Source of the DNA: an uncultured delta proteobacterium
GTDB taxonomy: Bacteria; Desulfobacterota; Zymogenia; Zymogenales; Zymogenaceae
NCBI GenBank assembly: GCA_963792965.1
Contig: CAWBYW010000007.1
Span: forward strand, 224,001 to 288,000
Direction: 5' to 3'
Length of the DNA stretch: 64,000 bases
Shown piece after piece: positions 54,223-64,000 of this stretch. The position numbers and the translations under genes are program-made. Below the pieces are notes generated by a model, which was not told the origin of the DNA, did no database searches, and worked only from the letters and a program-made list of their open reading frames with translations. The stretch's first letter is position 1. Every line of letters begins with the position of its first letter.

Positions 54223-54726
54223 CTATCGTCGCTCGAGAAAGAACCTGGTAAGGAGCAAACGTGCTTCCTCCTCAAGAACCCCCGCCGTCACCTCAACCCG
54301 GTGATTGAGCCGGGAATCTCCGAGGGTCTTGTAGAGAGAATCGACCGCGCCGGTCCTCGGATCGCCCACCCCATAGTAGAGACGCGCTATCCGCGCCTGC
54401 AGGATCGCCCCCGCGCACATCAGACACGGCTCGGCCGTTACATAGAGGTCAGCGCCCGCCAATCGGTAGTTCCCGATCCCGGCCGCCGCTTCTCGGAGGG
54501 CAATGATCTCGGCGTGCGCCGTCGGATCGGAGGTGGCGATCACCCGGTTTGCGCCCCTCCCGATGATCTTACCATCCATAACCACCACCGCGCCGATCGG
54601 GACCTCACCGTCTGAAAACGCCCTTTCGGCCTCCGCGAGGGCTGCCCTCATGAACTGGGCCGGATCCGAACGGTGCGTCTTTCCCGAGCCCGTAAACGGT
54701 GCGCCGCGCCCTTTACCTTTCCCCAT
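54223..54726 (-). CDS. tadA: tRNA adenosine(34) deaminase (start uncertain: 54651, 54726 or 54741)
   Basis: [23 protein letters not shown]. Confidence 0.93.
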   Translation of the reverse strand: MGKGKGRGAPFTGSGKTHRSDPAQFMRAALAEAERAFSDGEVPIGAVVVMDGKIIGRGANRVIATSDPTAHAEIIALREAAAGIGNYRLAGADLYVTAEPCLMCAGAILQARIARLYYGVGDPRTGAVDSLYKTLGDSRLNHRVEVTAGVLEEEARLLLTRFFLERR

Positions 54727-54874
54727 TTTGTCAATGAACAACGTGGCTAATCTTTTTATTATAGCACAAATCTCATTTTTTTCAACTGAAACTTCAGTAC
54801 CATCTTTGGGACGCCCACGGCCGTCTCACGCCTCACCGAAGTAACATAAATCTGCCCATATATCGAGGTCTAAA

Positions 54875-54952
54875 TGGTGCGCCCGGCAGGATTTGAACCT
54901 GCGGCCTACAGATTCGTAGTCTGGCGCTCTATCCGGGCTGAGCTACGGGCGC
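54875..54952 (-). tRNA. tRNA-Arg(ACG)
   Basis: GCGCCCG..., CCAGA-CTACGAA-TCTGT, CCA; TTGACA-17-TAAAAT promoter upstream. Confidence 0.96.
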
Positions 54953-55194
54953 ACTGCAGGTAATTTTGGAATTTTACCTTTTCGCCCGTATCTTGTCAAG
55001 GCGAGAGTTGTGAAAAATGCACATGGGGATGTCGGCCTCCGCAGACCGGCCCGATTGGCTCAGTCAGTGGAGTCGCGAGGGATTCCACAGGACCTGTCTC
55101 GTCGGGACCTCGCGCTATCATGACACTCAAGACAGATATCTGGAAGCTCGTTGCTCCCCCGCGACCTACCGGACCGTGGTTATATCCGATACGG

Positions 55195-55344
55195 TCAGAC
55201 GTAATAGCGCGGCAACATGGAGGGAAGCGCCTTGATCTGCTGGCGCAGAAATATTTTTTTCGGCTTGCTCATCAACAGGTATCGGAGCCATCCCAAAAGG
55301 CCGAGCCCCACGATAACGGCAACGATAATCAATAGGACCTTCAT
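55195..55344 (-). CDS. 49-aa single-TM microprotein, copy 2 (absent from the ORF track)
   Basis: MKVLLIIVAVIVGLGLLGWLRYLLMSKPKKIFLRQQIKALPSMLPRYYV; AAGGAGG RBS; paralogue at 56930-57079. Confidence 0.85.
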   Translation of the reverse strand: MKVLLIIVAVIVGLGLLGWLRYLLMSKPKKIFLRQQIKALPSMLPRYYV

Positions 55345-55357
55345 ATATCCCTCCTTC

Positions 55358-56857
55358 TTACTTTTCGTATTTTCGAATGAGCTCTTGTGCGATGATCGAT
55401 GAACAGATGACCGTCGGTACCCCGCCCCCCGGGTGCGTTGACGCCCCCACGAGGTAGAGCCCCTCGATACTCTTGGACTTGGCCGACGGGCGGAAGACGC
55501 CCGAGTGTCCCATGTCCTGGGCCAGGAGGTAGATGCCCCCCTCGGGGGCCAGGAGATCCCGCTCGAAATCCCTCGGCGTCCCGAGCATGGCCACCTCCAC
55601 GTGATCTTTCATCCCGGGCAGATAGGTGCGGTCAAAATAGTCGACATACTGTTCGGTCATCCTCTCCTTTTCCTTGTCCCAATCGGTCCCCGCAAGATGG
55701 TACGGCCCGAATAACGTCATCACAACCGTGTGGTGCCCCTTGGGCGCCATCCCGGGGTCCGAGTGGGTCTTCCAGCTGATGAGGCCCACCTGTCGGTCCG
55801 GCATCCGCTTTTCGATATTCATCTGATCATAGAAGAGATCGAATTCCTCGGGGGTCGCGGTCATGACGGAATGATGCGACTTAAGAGGGGGCGCCGTGTC
55901 AAGCCCGAGAAAGAACATAAGGGCAGACGGGGAGCTCTTCAGGCTCCTGACGCCACGGCGTGCCATCGGTCCGAGATGCTCCAGCCCGATCAGGTCGGTA
56001 TAGAGGGTTTTCGCGCTGATGTCGGAGACGATCACGTCGGCCGTTATGGATGTCCCATCGGCAAGCACGACCCCGCAGGCCCTCTTGTTTTTCACGATAA
56101 TCTTCTTTACAAGCATCCCGGTACGGAATTCCATGCCGGCCTTTTTGCTCACCCTCAGGATTGCCTCGGGGATCGCGATGAGGCCGCCTTTGCTATAGTA
56201 GAAGTCGTTGTGCTCGTTCCAGGGGAGTATAGAAAAGACCCCGGGGACAAGGGTGGGCGGCATCCCCATGAATGTCCCCTGGAAGCAGAGGATCTCCCGG
56301 ATAACGGGGTGTTTAAAATATTTATCCATCACCATCTGGTAGCTCGAGCCGAATAGTGCGCGATACTTTAAAAGCTTCGGCTCTTTTATGAACATGCCGA
56401 ACATGTCACCAAACGTGATCATCGGGGAATAAAAATAGGCCGGGATTACGCCGCTGAAGAAGTCCTCCATGTCGGCGGCATACCGAAACCAGCTCTTGGC
56501 GTCCTTGGGTGAAAGCTTCTTGAACTCCTCGGCTACCGCCTGACTGGAGGCCGGGTACGTAACCTCTGTCCCGTCCTTCAGGATATAGGTGTAGACCGGG
56601 TCTATGGGAATCAGGTCTACCTCCTTCGCAAGCGATGTTCCCATCCGCACAAAAAACTGGTCGATCACGTGCTCCATCTCGATGATGGACGTACCCACGT
56701 CAAACCGGTAGCCCTTGTGCTCGAAGGTGGAGCAAAACCCCCCGATCCGTTTGTTTTGCTCCAGTACGAGCGTCTTTCGGCCGTCTTTAGCCATGAGCCC
56801 GCCGAGGGAGAGACCCGCAATACCCCCCCCGATCACGATCACGTCATAGTCAGACAT
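55358..56857 (-). CDS. CrtI/phytoene-desaturase-family FAD oxidoreductase, copy 2
   Basis: YDVIVIGGGIAGL, LEQN..IGG, FDVG, LYLVGASTHPGGGVP. Confidence 0.88.
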   Translation of the reverse strand: MSDYDVIVIGGGIAGLSLGGLMAKDGRKTLVLEQNKRIGGFCSTFEHKGYRFDVGTSIIEMEHVIDQFFVRMGTSLAKEVDLIPIDPVYTYILKDGTEVTYPASSQAVAEEFKKLSPKDAKSWFRYAADMEDFFSGVIPAYFYSPMITFGDMFGMFIKEPKLLKYRALFGSSYQMVMDKYFKHPVIREILCFQGTFMGMPPTLVPGVFSILPWNEHNDFYYSKGGLIAIPEAILRVSKKAGMEFRTGMLVKKIIVKNKRACGVVLADGTSITADVIVSDISAKTLYTDLIGLEHLGPMARRGVRSLKSSPSALMFFLGLDTAPPLKSHHSVMTATPEEFDLFYDQMNIEKRMPDRQVGLISWKTHSDPGMAPKGHHTVVMTLFGPYHLAGTDWDKEKERMTEQYVDYFDRTYLPGMKDHVEVAMLGTPRDFERDLLAPEGGIYLLAQDMGHSGVFRPSAKSKSIEGLYLVGASTHPGGGVPTVICSSIIAQELIRKYEK

Positions 56858-56929
56858 GCTCACCTCTGCATATGGTGTTTGAGTTTCACTTTATCTTTTC
56901 GCGCCTCCCGTATCCGTCCGCTTTCATGC

Positions 56930-57079
56930 TCAGACGAAATAGCGCGGCAGCATAGAGGGCAGCGCCTTCAGCTGCTGCCTGAGGAAAACCTTCTTGGCTT
57001 TGCTCATAAAGAGATACCGGATAAACGCCAAAAGGGCGAGTCCCGCGGCCACCACAAGGACGATCCATACGGTTTTCAT
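56930..57079 (-). CDS. 49-aa single-TM microprotein, copy 1
   Basis: MKTVWIVLVVAAGLALLAFIRYLFMSKAKKVFLRQQLKALPSMLPRYFV; GGAGG RBS. Confidence 0.85.
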   Translation of the reverse strand: MKTVWIVLVVAAGLALLAFIRYLFMSKAKKVFLRQQLKALPSMLPRYFV

Positions 57080-57101
57080 CTTTTCCTCCATCCAGTCTCG
57101 T

Positions 57102-58589
57102 TTATTCGTGTTTCTTGATGAGGTCGGCCGCGATAACCGCCGATGCCATTGCCGCGGGAACCCCGCCGCCGGGATGCGTCGAGCACCCGACAAGATAGAG
57201 CTGTTTGATGCTCTTTGACTTGGCCGCGGGCCTGAAGATAGTCGAGTGGGCCAAGTCCTGTGAAAAGAGATAGATGCCGCCCTGCGGGGCCATAACCTCC
57301 CGCTCAAAATCCTTCGGTGTGCCGAGGAAAGCGACCTTGACGTGATCCTTGATCCCGGGCAGATAGGTCTTGTCAAAATAGTTGATGTACTCCTCCGTCA
57401 GCGGTCCCTTGATCTCATCCCAATCCGGACGGTATGCCCCCCCGATGGTCAGGACGAGGGTGTGATAGCCCTTCGGCGCAAGGGAGGGATCCGAGATTGT
57501 CTTCCAGCTGAAAAGCCCGAACTGCTTCTTAACCACAGTTCCTTTTGAGAGTATATTGAAATAGAGATCGTCGATATCCTCCGGCGGCACGGTCGCAATG
57601 GTGTGATGGGACTTAAGCGGCGGCGCGGCATCGAGTCCAAGGAACATCATGAGGGCCGAGGCCGATATCTCGAGGCTTTTGACCCCCGCCCGCGCCATCG
57701 GGCCAAGGTGCTCAAACCCTATCAAATCCGTATAGAGGGTCTTGGCCGAGATGTCCGATACGACGACGTCGGCCGTGATCGATGTACCGTCGGCGAGGAC
57801 GACGCCGCACGCCTTCTTGTCCCGTATGATGATCTTCTTGACGAGCGTGCCGGTCTTTAGTTCCATGCCGGCGCTGCGCCCCAGTCGCTCGATCGCCTTC
57901 GGCACCGATATCAATCCGCCCTTGCAGTAGTAAAAACCCGTGTGCTCATTATAGGGGAGCATCGTCATGATGCCGGGCGCCAAGGACGGCGGCAGCCCCA
58001 TGAAATTGGCCTGAAAACAGAGGGCCTCGAGTATCCGGGGGTCCTTGAAGTATTTCTCCATTACCGTCTGGTAGCTGGTGGCAAAGAGCGGCAGATATTT
58101 CAGGAGCCTCGGGCTCTTGACGAACATCCCGATCAAGTCCTTGAAGGTGAGCATCGGAGAGAAGAAGAACGTGGGCACCGCCGCGTCTATGAAACCTTTC
58201 ATGTCCTCGGCGTACCGGAACCAGCTCCTGGCGTCGTCGGGAGAGAGCTTCTTGAACTCCTCGGCGACCGCCGCAGAAACGGCCGGATAGCGGATCTCGG
58301 TCCCGTCCTTGAGAAGATATGTGTAGACCGGATCAAGGGCAATCAGATCCACTTCCCGAGCGGTAGTCGTCCCCATGAGCGTGAAAAAGCGGTCGTAGAC
58401 CTCCACCATCTCGATAATCGAGGTCCCGATGTCAAACTGGAAGCCGTCGTGCTCAATGGTCGAGCAGAAACCTCCGATCCGTTTGTTTTGCTCCAGCACG
58501 AGGGTCTTTCGACCGTCCTTGGCCATAAGGGCGCTGATAGAAAGGCCGCCGATCCCGCCTCCGACAACAATGACATCATAATCGGCCAT
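57102..58589 (-). CDS. CrtI/phytoene-desaturase-family FAD oxidoreductase, copy 1
   Basis: YDVIVVGGGIGGL, FDIG, LYLVGCSTHPGGGVP; start MADYDV with AGGAG-like RBS. Confidence 0.88.
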   Translation of the reverse strand: MADYDVIVVGGGIGGLSISALMAKDGRKTLVLEQNKRIGGFCSTIEHDGFQFDIGTSIIEMVEVYDRFFTLMGTTTAREVDLIALDPVYTYLLKDGTEIRYPAVSAAVAEEFKKLSPDDARSWFRYAEDMKGFIDAAVPTFFFSPMLTFKDLIGMFVKSPRLLKYLPLFATSYQTVMEKYFKDPRILEALCFQANFMGLPPSLAPGIMTMLPYNEHTGFYYCKGGLISVPKAIERLGRSAGMELKTGTLVKKIIIRDKKACGVVLADGTSITADVVVSDISAKTLYTDLIGFEHLGPMARAGVKSLEISASALMMFLGLDAAPPLKSHHTIATVPPEDIDDLYFNILSKGTVVKKQFGLFSWKTISDPSLAPKGYHTLVLTIGGAYRPDWDEIKGPLTEEYINYFDKTYLPGIKDHVKVAFLGTPKDFEREVMAPQGGIYLFSQDLAHSTIFRPAAKSKSIKQLYLVGCSTHPGGGVPAAMASAVIAADLIKKHE

Positions 58590-58763
58590 GTCTCTCTTCT
58601 CCTGTCTATGAATAGATAAATTTGAGCGTCTTGCTCTAAAATCCCGCCACCGTTTCCTCGGACTATGACCGGCACACCGTCGAATTGATCGCAATCCGAG
58701 CATCGTCCGCCCGAAAGCCCCTTCCCTGAGCATCCTGTGCTGTCGGCTGCTACAAGTCTTTCT

Positions 58764-59405
58764 TTACAGACGCGCCTTCTCGTTGTCTCCCTGTGGTTTG
58801 ATAAGCGCCATGATCATCACTTTAAAATAGGCGAAAAATGACGCGGTATCGGTCGCCTCCCGCGCTATGGAATAGGACATGGCAAATCCGTTGGCCATCG
58901 CCAGCATGATCGAGGCAAGAACATCCTCGTCTCTATCGAGCGAAAATTCTCCATCCTTTTTCGCCCGTCGAAACACATCGGCCGTCAGCTCCTTGATATA
59001 GACGTGCTGGGAGAATATCTCCTCTTTTCGCTTCGGGTTTTGGAGGCCAAGTATCGTCAGCTCCATGACGACGGTGAACCAATTGGGGTTCTTCTGTATG
59101 AACGTGTGAAATGACTCGATGAGCAGGTCGATTCTTTCTCCGATGGGAAGGGGCGCGTTCAGGACGGAAAGGGCGATATCGAGATATTCCGACATCGCAA
59201 ATCGGTAAATCTCACCGACCAGCTCATCCTTGTCTTTGAAATAGTAGTGGAGAAGCGCCTTGCTGATCCCCGCCTCACCCGCGATATCGGACAGCGAAAC
59301 GTTCACAAAGCCCTCGCGTCCCATGATGTTATAGGCTGATCGTATAATCGCCTGCACCCGCTCGGGTCTTTGACCTTTTTCTTCTTTTATGGCTTTCTGG
59401 GTCAT
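58764..59405 (-). CDS. TetR/AcrR-family transcriptional regulator
   Basis: SLSDIAGEAGISKALLHYYFKDKDEL helix-turn-helix. Confidence 0.92.
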   Translation of the reverse strand: MTQKAIKEEKGQRPERVQAIIRSAYNIMGREGFVNVSLSDIAGEAGISKALLHYYFKDKDELVGEIYRFAMSEYLDIALSVLNAPLPIGERIDLLIESFHTFIQKNPNWFTVVMELTILGLQNPKRKEEIFSQHVYIKELTADVFRRAKKDGEFSLDRDEDVLASIMLAMANGFAMSYSIAREATDTASFFAYFKVMIMALIKPQGDNEKARL

Positions 59406-59433
59406 GATAGTGATCCTCGTCTTGGTCCTGAAG

Positions 59434-59499
59434 TTCCTGACTGGCCGGCCGATCAGGAATTGACGTGCTAATGGTAATAAAGACCTGCCTCCATGTCAA
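59434..59499 (-). promoter_or_regulatory. tetR promoter with downstream 26-bp palindromic operator
   Basis: TTGACA-17-TACCAT (59499-59471); TTCCTGACTGGCC|GGCCGATCAGGAA at 59434-59459. Confidence 0.7.
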
Positions 59500-59931
59500 G
59501 AAAATAGATGACTGTTCGTAAGAATATCCCCATCCCTCCATTTTCCTGCTGCATATCGACGTGCCGGGGAGATAGACGGCCGATCACCCGTTAAGCCGTG
59601 CGACCCTCGTCGAAACATGGGTTTGAGCCGCCTACTCCATGACCTTCCCGGCACCGCCCCTGTAGTCTCCCGTCATCGATCTGCTACGACGCGGCCGTCT
59701 CTGCTCGTCACGCTTCTACCTTGGCCTCCCCGTGACCCTGAACACATCGCGACGTAAGCCGAATTATTATTAGGTATGCCTAATGATGCTGCGGGGAGCG
59801 CAGGTTGTCTCGTCGGAAGGTATGGGTGTTTCGTCACGACGCCTTGTTGATACTCAATTTTTCGTATTGGATGTAAAGGATATTGACAGGAATCGAGCGA
59901 CCTGTTATGTTACAGAGACTTTTCACAGAGG

Positions 59932-60606
59932 ATGACCATGAAGATCACCGAAAACCTCTTCGCCTACCCCTGGACGAGCATGTGGGAAAACAACTGTAAC
60001 AGCTACTACGTCGGTGACGACGCCCAGATCCTGATAGATCCCGGGCTCCTGATATCATTTCCCGAGCTGGTCAAAGGCCTTTCGCGCGACGGAATCGACG
60101 TCGACACCGTCCGCTACGTTCTGATCACTCATTCGCATCCCGATCATTTTGAGGCGGTCGAGCGTTTTTTTAACAGGGATGACGTGAAAATTCTTATGGC
60201 CGCGGAGGAAGTCCGGTTCATGGAAGATATCGGCATGAAGTTCTACCCCGCCTTCGGTCTCGATGTTCCCGAGTACCGCATCGATCAAGAACTCGAGCCC
60301 GGGCCCATAACCCTCGGCAGCGAAACGTTCGAGGTTTTCCTCACACCGGGCCACTCCCCCGGCTCCCTGTGTCTCTATTGGCCGAAGGAAAAGGCGCTTT
60401 TCTCGGGGGATCTGATCTTTAATAAGAACGTCGGCAGGACCGATTTCCCCGGCGGCAACGGCAAGCTCCTCAAGGAAAGCATCGAGCAGATCGCCGAGCT
60501 CGATATCGAATATCTCTTGCCGGGCCATATGGAGATGGTCGCGGGGAAACAGGAAGTAGAAAAGAATTTTGAGATCGTCAAACGGGCGGTCTTTCCCTAT
60601 CTCTAA
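59932..60606 (+). CDS. MBL-fold metallo-hydrolase (glyoxalase II-like)
   Basis: THSHPDH, TPGHSPGS, SGD, GRTD, PGH. Confidence 0.92.
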   Translation: MTMKITENLFAYPWTSMWENNCNSYYVGDDAQILIDPGLLISFPELVKGLSRDGIDVDTVRYVLITHSHPDHFEAVERFFNRDDVKILMAAEEVRFMEDIGMKFYPAFGLDVPEYRIDQELEPGPITLGSETFEVFLTPGHSPGSLCLYWPKEKALFSGDLIFNKNVGRTDFPGGNGKLLKESIEQIAELDIEYLLPGHMEMVAGKQEVEKNFEIVKRAVFPYL

Positions 60607-60659
60607 CTGTCCGGAGGTGCGTCTCCGTATCGTTCCTGTCGAAACGGGCGGTCCGCGGA

Positions 60660-61610
60660 CTATTTTGAGAGCTTACTGACTCCTCCCCAGCATCCGATCC
60701 AGATCGTCCCCTCCCCGTCTATCACAAGAGACGTCACCCGATCATCCACGATGCCGCTTTCCGTGTTGAGAAATTTCCACTCCTTGCCGTCGTAGATGCC
60801 GACCCCTCCACCCCAGAAACCGACCCACAGATTCCCATCCCCGTCCATCCGGATCGACGTGACCTCGTTTGAGAGGAGGCCGCTCTTGACCGTGAAGGTC
60901 TTTTTTACCTTTCCGTCCGACAGCAGGCAGAGCCCCATCGCGGTGCCGACCCACGTATCGCCGTTCTTGTCGAACTGGAGAGCCGTGATGAGATTGGAGG
61001 GAAGGCCGGATGTCTTGTCGATAATCTCCATTTTCCCGCTCTTGATGATCCCGATGCCCATGTTGTAGGTCCCTATCCAGAGGTCACCTCCGGGATCCTT
61101 AACGATTCGGTTAATGACAGGGGTTATCGCGTCCTCGCCGAACCCGAGCTTTGCCCAGCGCTGGCCGTCAAACACCCCCAGCCCCGACTGCGTGCCCGCC
61201 CAAATGTTGCCGTCCGGCCCAACCGCGATATCATAGATGACGTCGCTTGGCAGGCCGTCCTTCGCCCGGTAGGTCTTCCACTTCCCGTCGTATACCGAGA
61301 TACCGTTCTGCGTCCCAAACCAGAGTCTTCCGGAATTATCCTCGGCCATCGAGGTCACGAGGTCGTCGGCCAGCCCGTCTTTGGCCCGATAAATCGTCCA
61401 GCCCTTGTCGTACTTGAGAACGCCGCCCTCGGTGCAGAGCCAGACCGCCCCCTGAAGGTAGTATATATTGGTAACGGCGTTCTGATCCTTGACCTTGCTG
61501 ACGATGTTCTCGATCTTCATGAGGTTCTGCGCCCGAGCCGGTACGCCGCCGATACCATAGGAAAACAAACAGACAGCCGACAACATCACTAAAAATCTTT
61601 TTGCGATCAT
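60660..61610 (-). CDS. Secreted beta-propeller protein (two-component regulator propeller repeats)
   Basis: Signal peptide; repeated GLPS/N-V-I-D-G-LW(F/I/V)GT-GG units. Confidence 0.8.
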   Translation of the reverse strand: MIAKRFLVMLSAVCLFSYGIGGVPARAQNLMKIENIVSKVKDQNAVTNIYYLQGAVWLCTEGGVLKYDKGWTIYRAKDGLADDLVTSMAEDNSGRLWFGTQNGISVYDGKWKTYRAKDGLPSDVIYDIAVGPDGNIWAGTQSGLGVFDGQRWAKLGFGEDAITPVINRIVKDPGGDLWIGTYNMGIGIIKSGKMEIIDKTSGLPSNLITALQFDKNGDTWVGTAMGLCLLSDGKVKKTFTVKSGLLSNEVTSIRMDGDGNLWVGFWGGGVGIYDGKEWKFLNTESGIVDDRVTSLVIDGEGTIWIGCWGGVSKLSK

Positions 61611-61683
61611 ACACCTCTCCGGCCGAATATAAGGCTACTATAGTATCAGACGGTGCCCGGATCAGTCAAGGGATGGTTTTTGT

Positions 61684-62571
61684 TCAGGAGCGCGGGTGGT
61701 ATTTTTTATGGACTTCCTTGAGTCTCGTCCGGTCGACATGGGTATAGATTTCGGTCGTGGTAATGTCGGCGTGCCCGAGCATCATCTGCACGGACCTGAG
61801 GTCCGCGCCACCCGCAAGGAGGTGAGTTGCAAACGAGTGACGGAGGGTGTGGGGGCTGATATCTTTGGTAATCCCGACGCGCGCCGCATACGTCTTGATC
61901 ACCTTCCAGAAATATTGACGTGAAAGCGCCCTCCCCCGTCTATTGAGGAAGATCAGGACGCTTCCCCTCCCCCTATCGAAAGCCGGACGCGCCTCCGTCA
62001 GATACCGGTTCACCCGGAAAATTGCCTCTCTGCCGATGGGAACGACCCGCTCCTTGTTTCCCTTCCCCACGACGATGAGAAACCCGACATCAAGGTTGAT
62101 TCGATCCGCCGTCAATCCCAACAGCTCCGAGACCCTCAGCCCGCTCGCATACAAGACCTCCAGCATCGCGCGGTCCCGGATACCCGAGGGATTCTGATCG
62201 TCCGGGCCGTCGAGGAGTTTCTTCACTTCTTGCGCGGTAAGATACTCCGGCAGTCGCCTCATAAAGCTGGGCGAATCCAAGAGTTCCATCGGGTGTGCCA
62301 CTATCTCCCCCTCCCTAACGAGGTAGGTGAAAAATGACCGGATCGAGCTCAGGTAACGCACCCTGCTCCGGGCCGAGATTCCCTCTGTTGCGAGCCGCTC
62401 CATGAACGAGAGGATATGTCCCTCTTCGATCAGGTCGGCGTCCACAATCTCGATCTCCCCCAGGTAATGACTGAAGCGCGAAAGATCGCTCCCGTAGGCC
62501 GCCACCGTGTTATTCGAAAGGCCCCGCTCGACTCCGACATGGCGCATAAACTGATCGATAAGCTCGTCCAT
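61684..62571 (-). CDS. xerD: Site-specific tyrosine recombinase XerD
   Basis: RDRAMLEVLYASGLRVSEL, GKGNKER, SPHTLRHSFATHLL, LGHADITTTEIY, HPR. Confidence 0.93.
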   Translation of the reverse strand: MDELIDQFMRHVGVERGLSNNTVAAYGSDLSRFSHYLGEIEIVDADLIEEGHILSFMERLATEGISARSRVRYLSSIRSFFTYLVREGEIVAHPMELLDSPSFMRRLPEYLTAQEVKKLLDGPDDQNPSGIRDRAMLEVLYASGLRVSELLGLTADRINLDVGFLIVVGKGNKERVVPIGREAIFRVNRYLTEARPAFDRGRGSVLIFLNRRGRALSRQYFWKVIKTYAARVGITKDISPHTLRHSFATHLLAGGADLRSVQMMLGHADITTTEIYTHVDRTRLKEVHKKYHPRS

Positions 62572-62572
62572 G

Positions 62573-64000
62573 CTATCTTCCCGCGTGCATGCTATCGGTT
62601 TCCCTCACGTACTTTTCCACGCCCTTATAGATTCCCCACGCAAGCCCCTTGAGATAGTCATCGCTCTTGAGTCGATTCTCCTCCCTCTTGTTGGAGATGT
62701 ACGAGCATTCCACCAGGATCGAGGGCATCTGGGCGCCGACAAGGACCCAAAACGGTCCCTGGCAGACCCCGACGTTATTGATGTTGTCGTATTGCTTCTC
62801 TATTGAATTGACCATCCCCTCCTGGACGAACTTGGCAAGGAGGCTGGACTCATTTCTCTTGGCGGAGACCATAAGGTCGGTGAGGATATAGTCAAGCTCC
62901 GTCAGCTTTTCGATGGTCGTATCGTTCTCCCGTGCCGCAACGGCCAGCGCCTTCGTGTCGGAGGTAATTGCGAGATAGTAGGTCGTTATGCCGTACGGGT
63001 TTCGGCTTGCGCTTGCATTGTTGTGAACCGATATGAAGAGGTCGGCACCGGCCTCGTTGGCGACGGCCGTCCTGTTCTTGAGGTCCAGATATCTGTCGGC
63101 GTTGCGCGTCATGATGACTTTCAGGCCCAGCTGGTTCTCAAGGTATTCTTTTAGATACTGGGCGATCCTGAAGTTTGCCGTTTTCTCATAATATCCGGTG
63201 GGACCGACGGCGCCCGGGTCGACTCCTCCGTGCCCGGGATCGATCACCACCACCTTGATTGCATGCGACGTCACCTTTTCCTTTGTATAGTAGTCGCCGG
63301 CATTATTCGTCGTCCCGTCGCTTTTGTCGTCTGAACGCTCTTCCCGGTAGACGTCAACGACAATCCGATTCGGGTCCTTGAGGGAAAATACCTTATACGT
63401 TACCGATCCGCCCGGATCCATGGACACACGAAGCGGGTCTGATTTTACGTCAACGGTAATCTTCCTGATCTGACCTCCCGATACCGCGATTGCCTCTTTT
63501 ACGTCTTTTTTCAGGGCTCCGTGCGTGATATCGACGTAGATGCCCGAGCTCGCCTCCTTCGTGGCGCCGTCTTTCACCCTGCCGAAGGTATACTCGGCCG
63601 CTCCCGAGACATCAAGCACCACACGGGTGTGGTCCTCGGAATTAAACGTCCTCATCCCGAGGAGTACTATCGCGTCCTTCTTTGGCTTCTCTGTCTTCGT
63701 GTCCTTTAGGCCCCCGTCGATATCTCCGGTAAACACGCTGCAGTCGGTCCCCTCGTACTTCTTCAGCTCCTTTATCCGCGCTTCGGCCTGCGCCTTCATA
63801 TCTCCCGTCGGGTAGCTATGCATGAGCGCCTGATAATAGCAGTACGCCCGTGCGGGATCGGAGAGCCTCGTCCGATAGATCTCGGCAATCTTCAACAGCG
63901 AGTCATCTGAAAGTGTGCTCTTCGGGGTATTCCCGAATCAATTGTCCGAAGGCGTCGACGGCGGCTTTAATATCGGCAGTGGCGCCGGATCGCTCATAGA
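62573..64000 (-). CDS. N-acetylmuramoyl-L-alanine amidase with TPR and AMIN domains (5'-truncated by window; frameshift near 63925)
   Basis: TPR motif EYPKSTLSDDSLL across the frameshift, AMIN motifs TRVVLD and PNRIVVD, Amidase_3 motifs IDPGHGG, ISVHNN, LVEC. Confidence 0.88.

Noticed and set aside
55195-57079. Microproteins as RiPP precursors or type I toxins
   Set aside because: No leader/core pattern, peptidase or transporter, and no antisense RNA signature; their position right after each enzyme favours a subunit role.
55358-58589. Carotenoid biosynthesis cluster (crtI)
   Set aside because: No phytoene synthase, GGPP synthase or cyclase nearby, so no crtI symbol was assigned.
61684-62571. 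Tyrosine recombinase as a prophage or island integrase
   Set aside because: Size and motifs match housekeeping XerD; it is coupled to the amidase gene and no att repeats or mobile cargo were seen.

Overview
Core chromosomal segment of a GC-rich (roughly 55-60% by eye) anaerobic deltaproteobacterium-like organism (Desulfobacterota-type gene content; taxonomy is inference). Housekeeping blocks: nfi, ligA-acyP-amrS, rsmI, rpmB, relA/spoT, ispG, a complete phoBR-pstSCAB-phoU locus, ihfB, surE-pcm-dedA-nlpD-ade, mglBA, tadA-tRNA-Ser x2-ffs-dnaX-ybaB-recR, xerD and an amidase. There are five tRNAs and the SRP RNA. No integrase, IS or CRISPR was found. At least eight genes, some essential, carry single-base frameshifts that look like long-read or consensus errors. 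Most notable: (1) a TetR-led tandem duplication of a CrtI-like flavoprotein, each copy followed by an unannotated, conserved 49-aa membrane microprotein; (2) an operon joining a bacterial ceramide-synthase-like (YghO/bCerS) acyltransferase with two cobalamin-dependent radical SAM enzymes and a membrane methyltransferase; (3) a four-subunit Por-type oxidoreductase co-organised with a HydABC/Bfu-type electron-bifurcating module that has no H-cluster; (4) several structured non-coding leaders and operators. All family assignments come from motif recognition, not from database searches.
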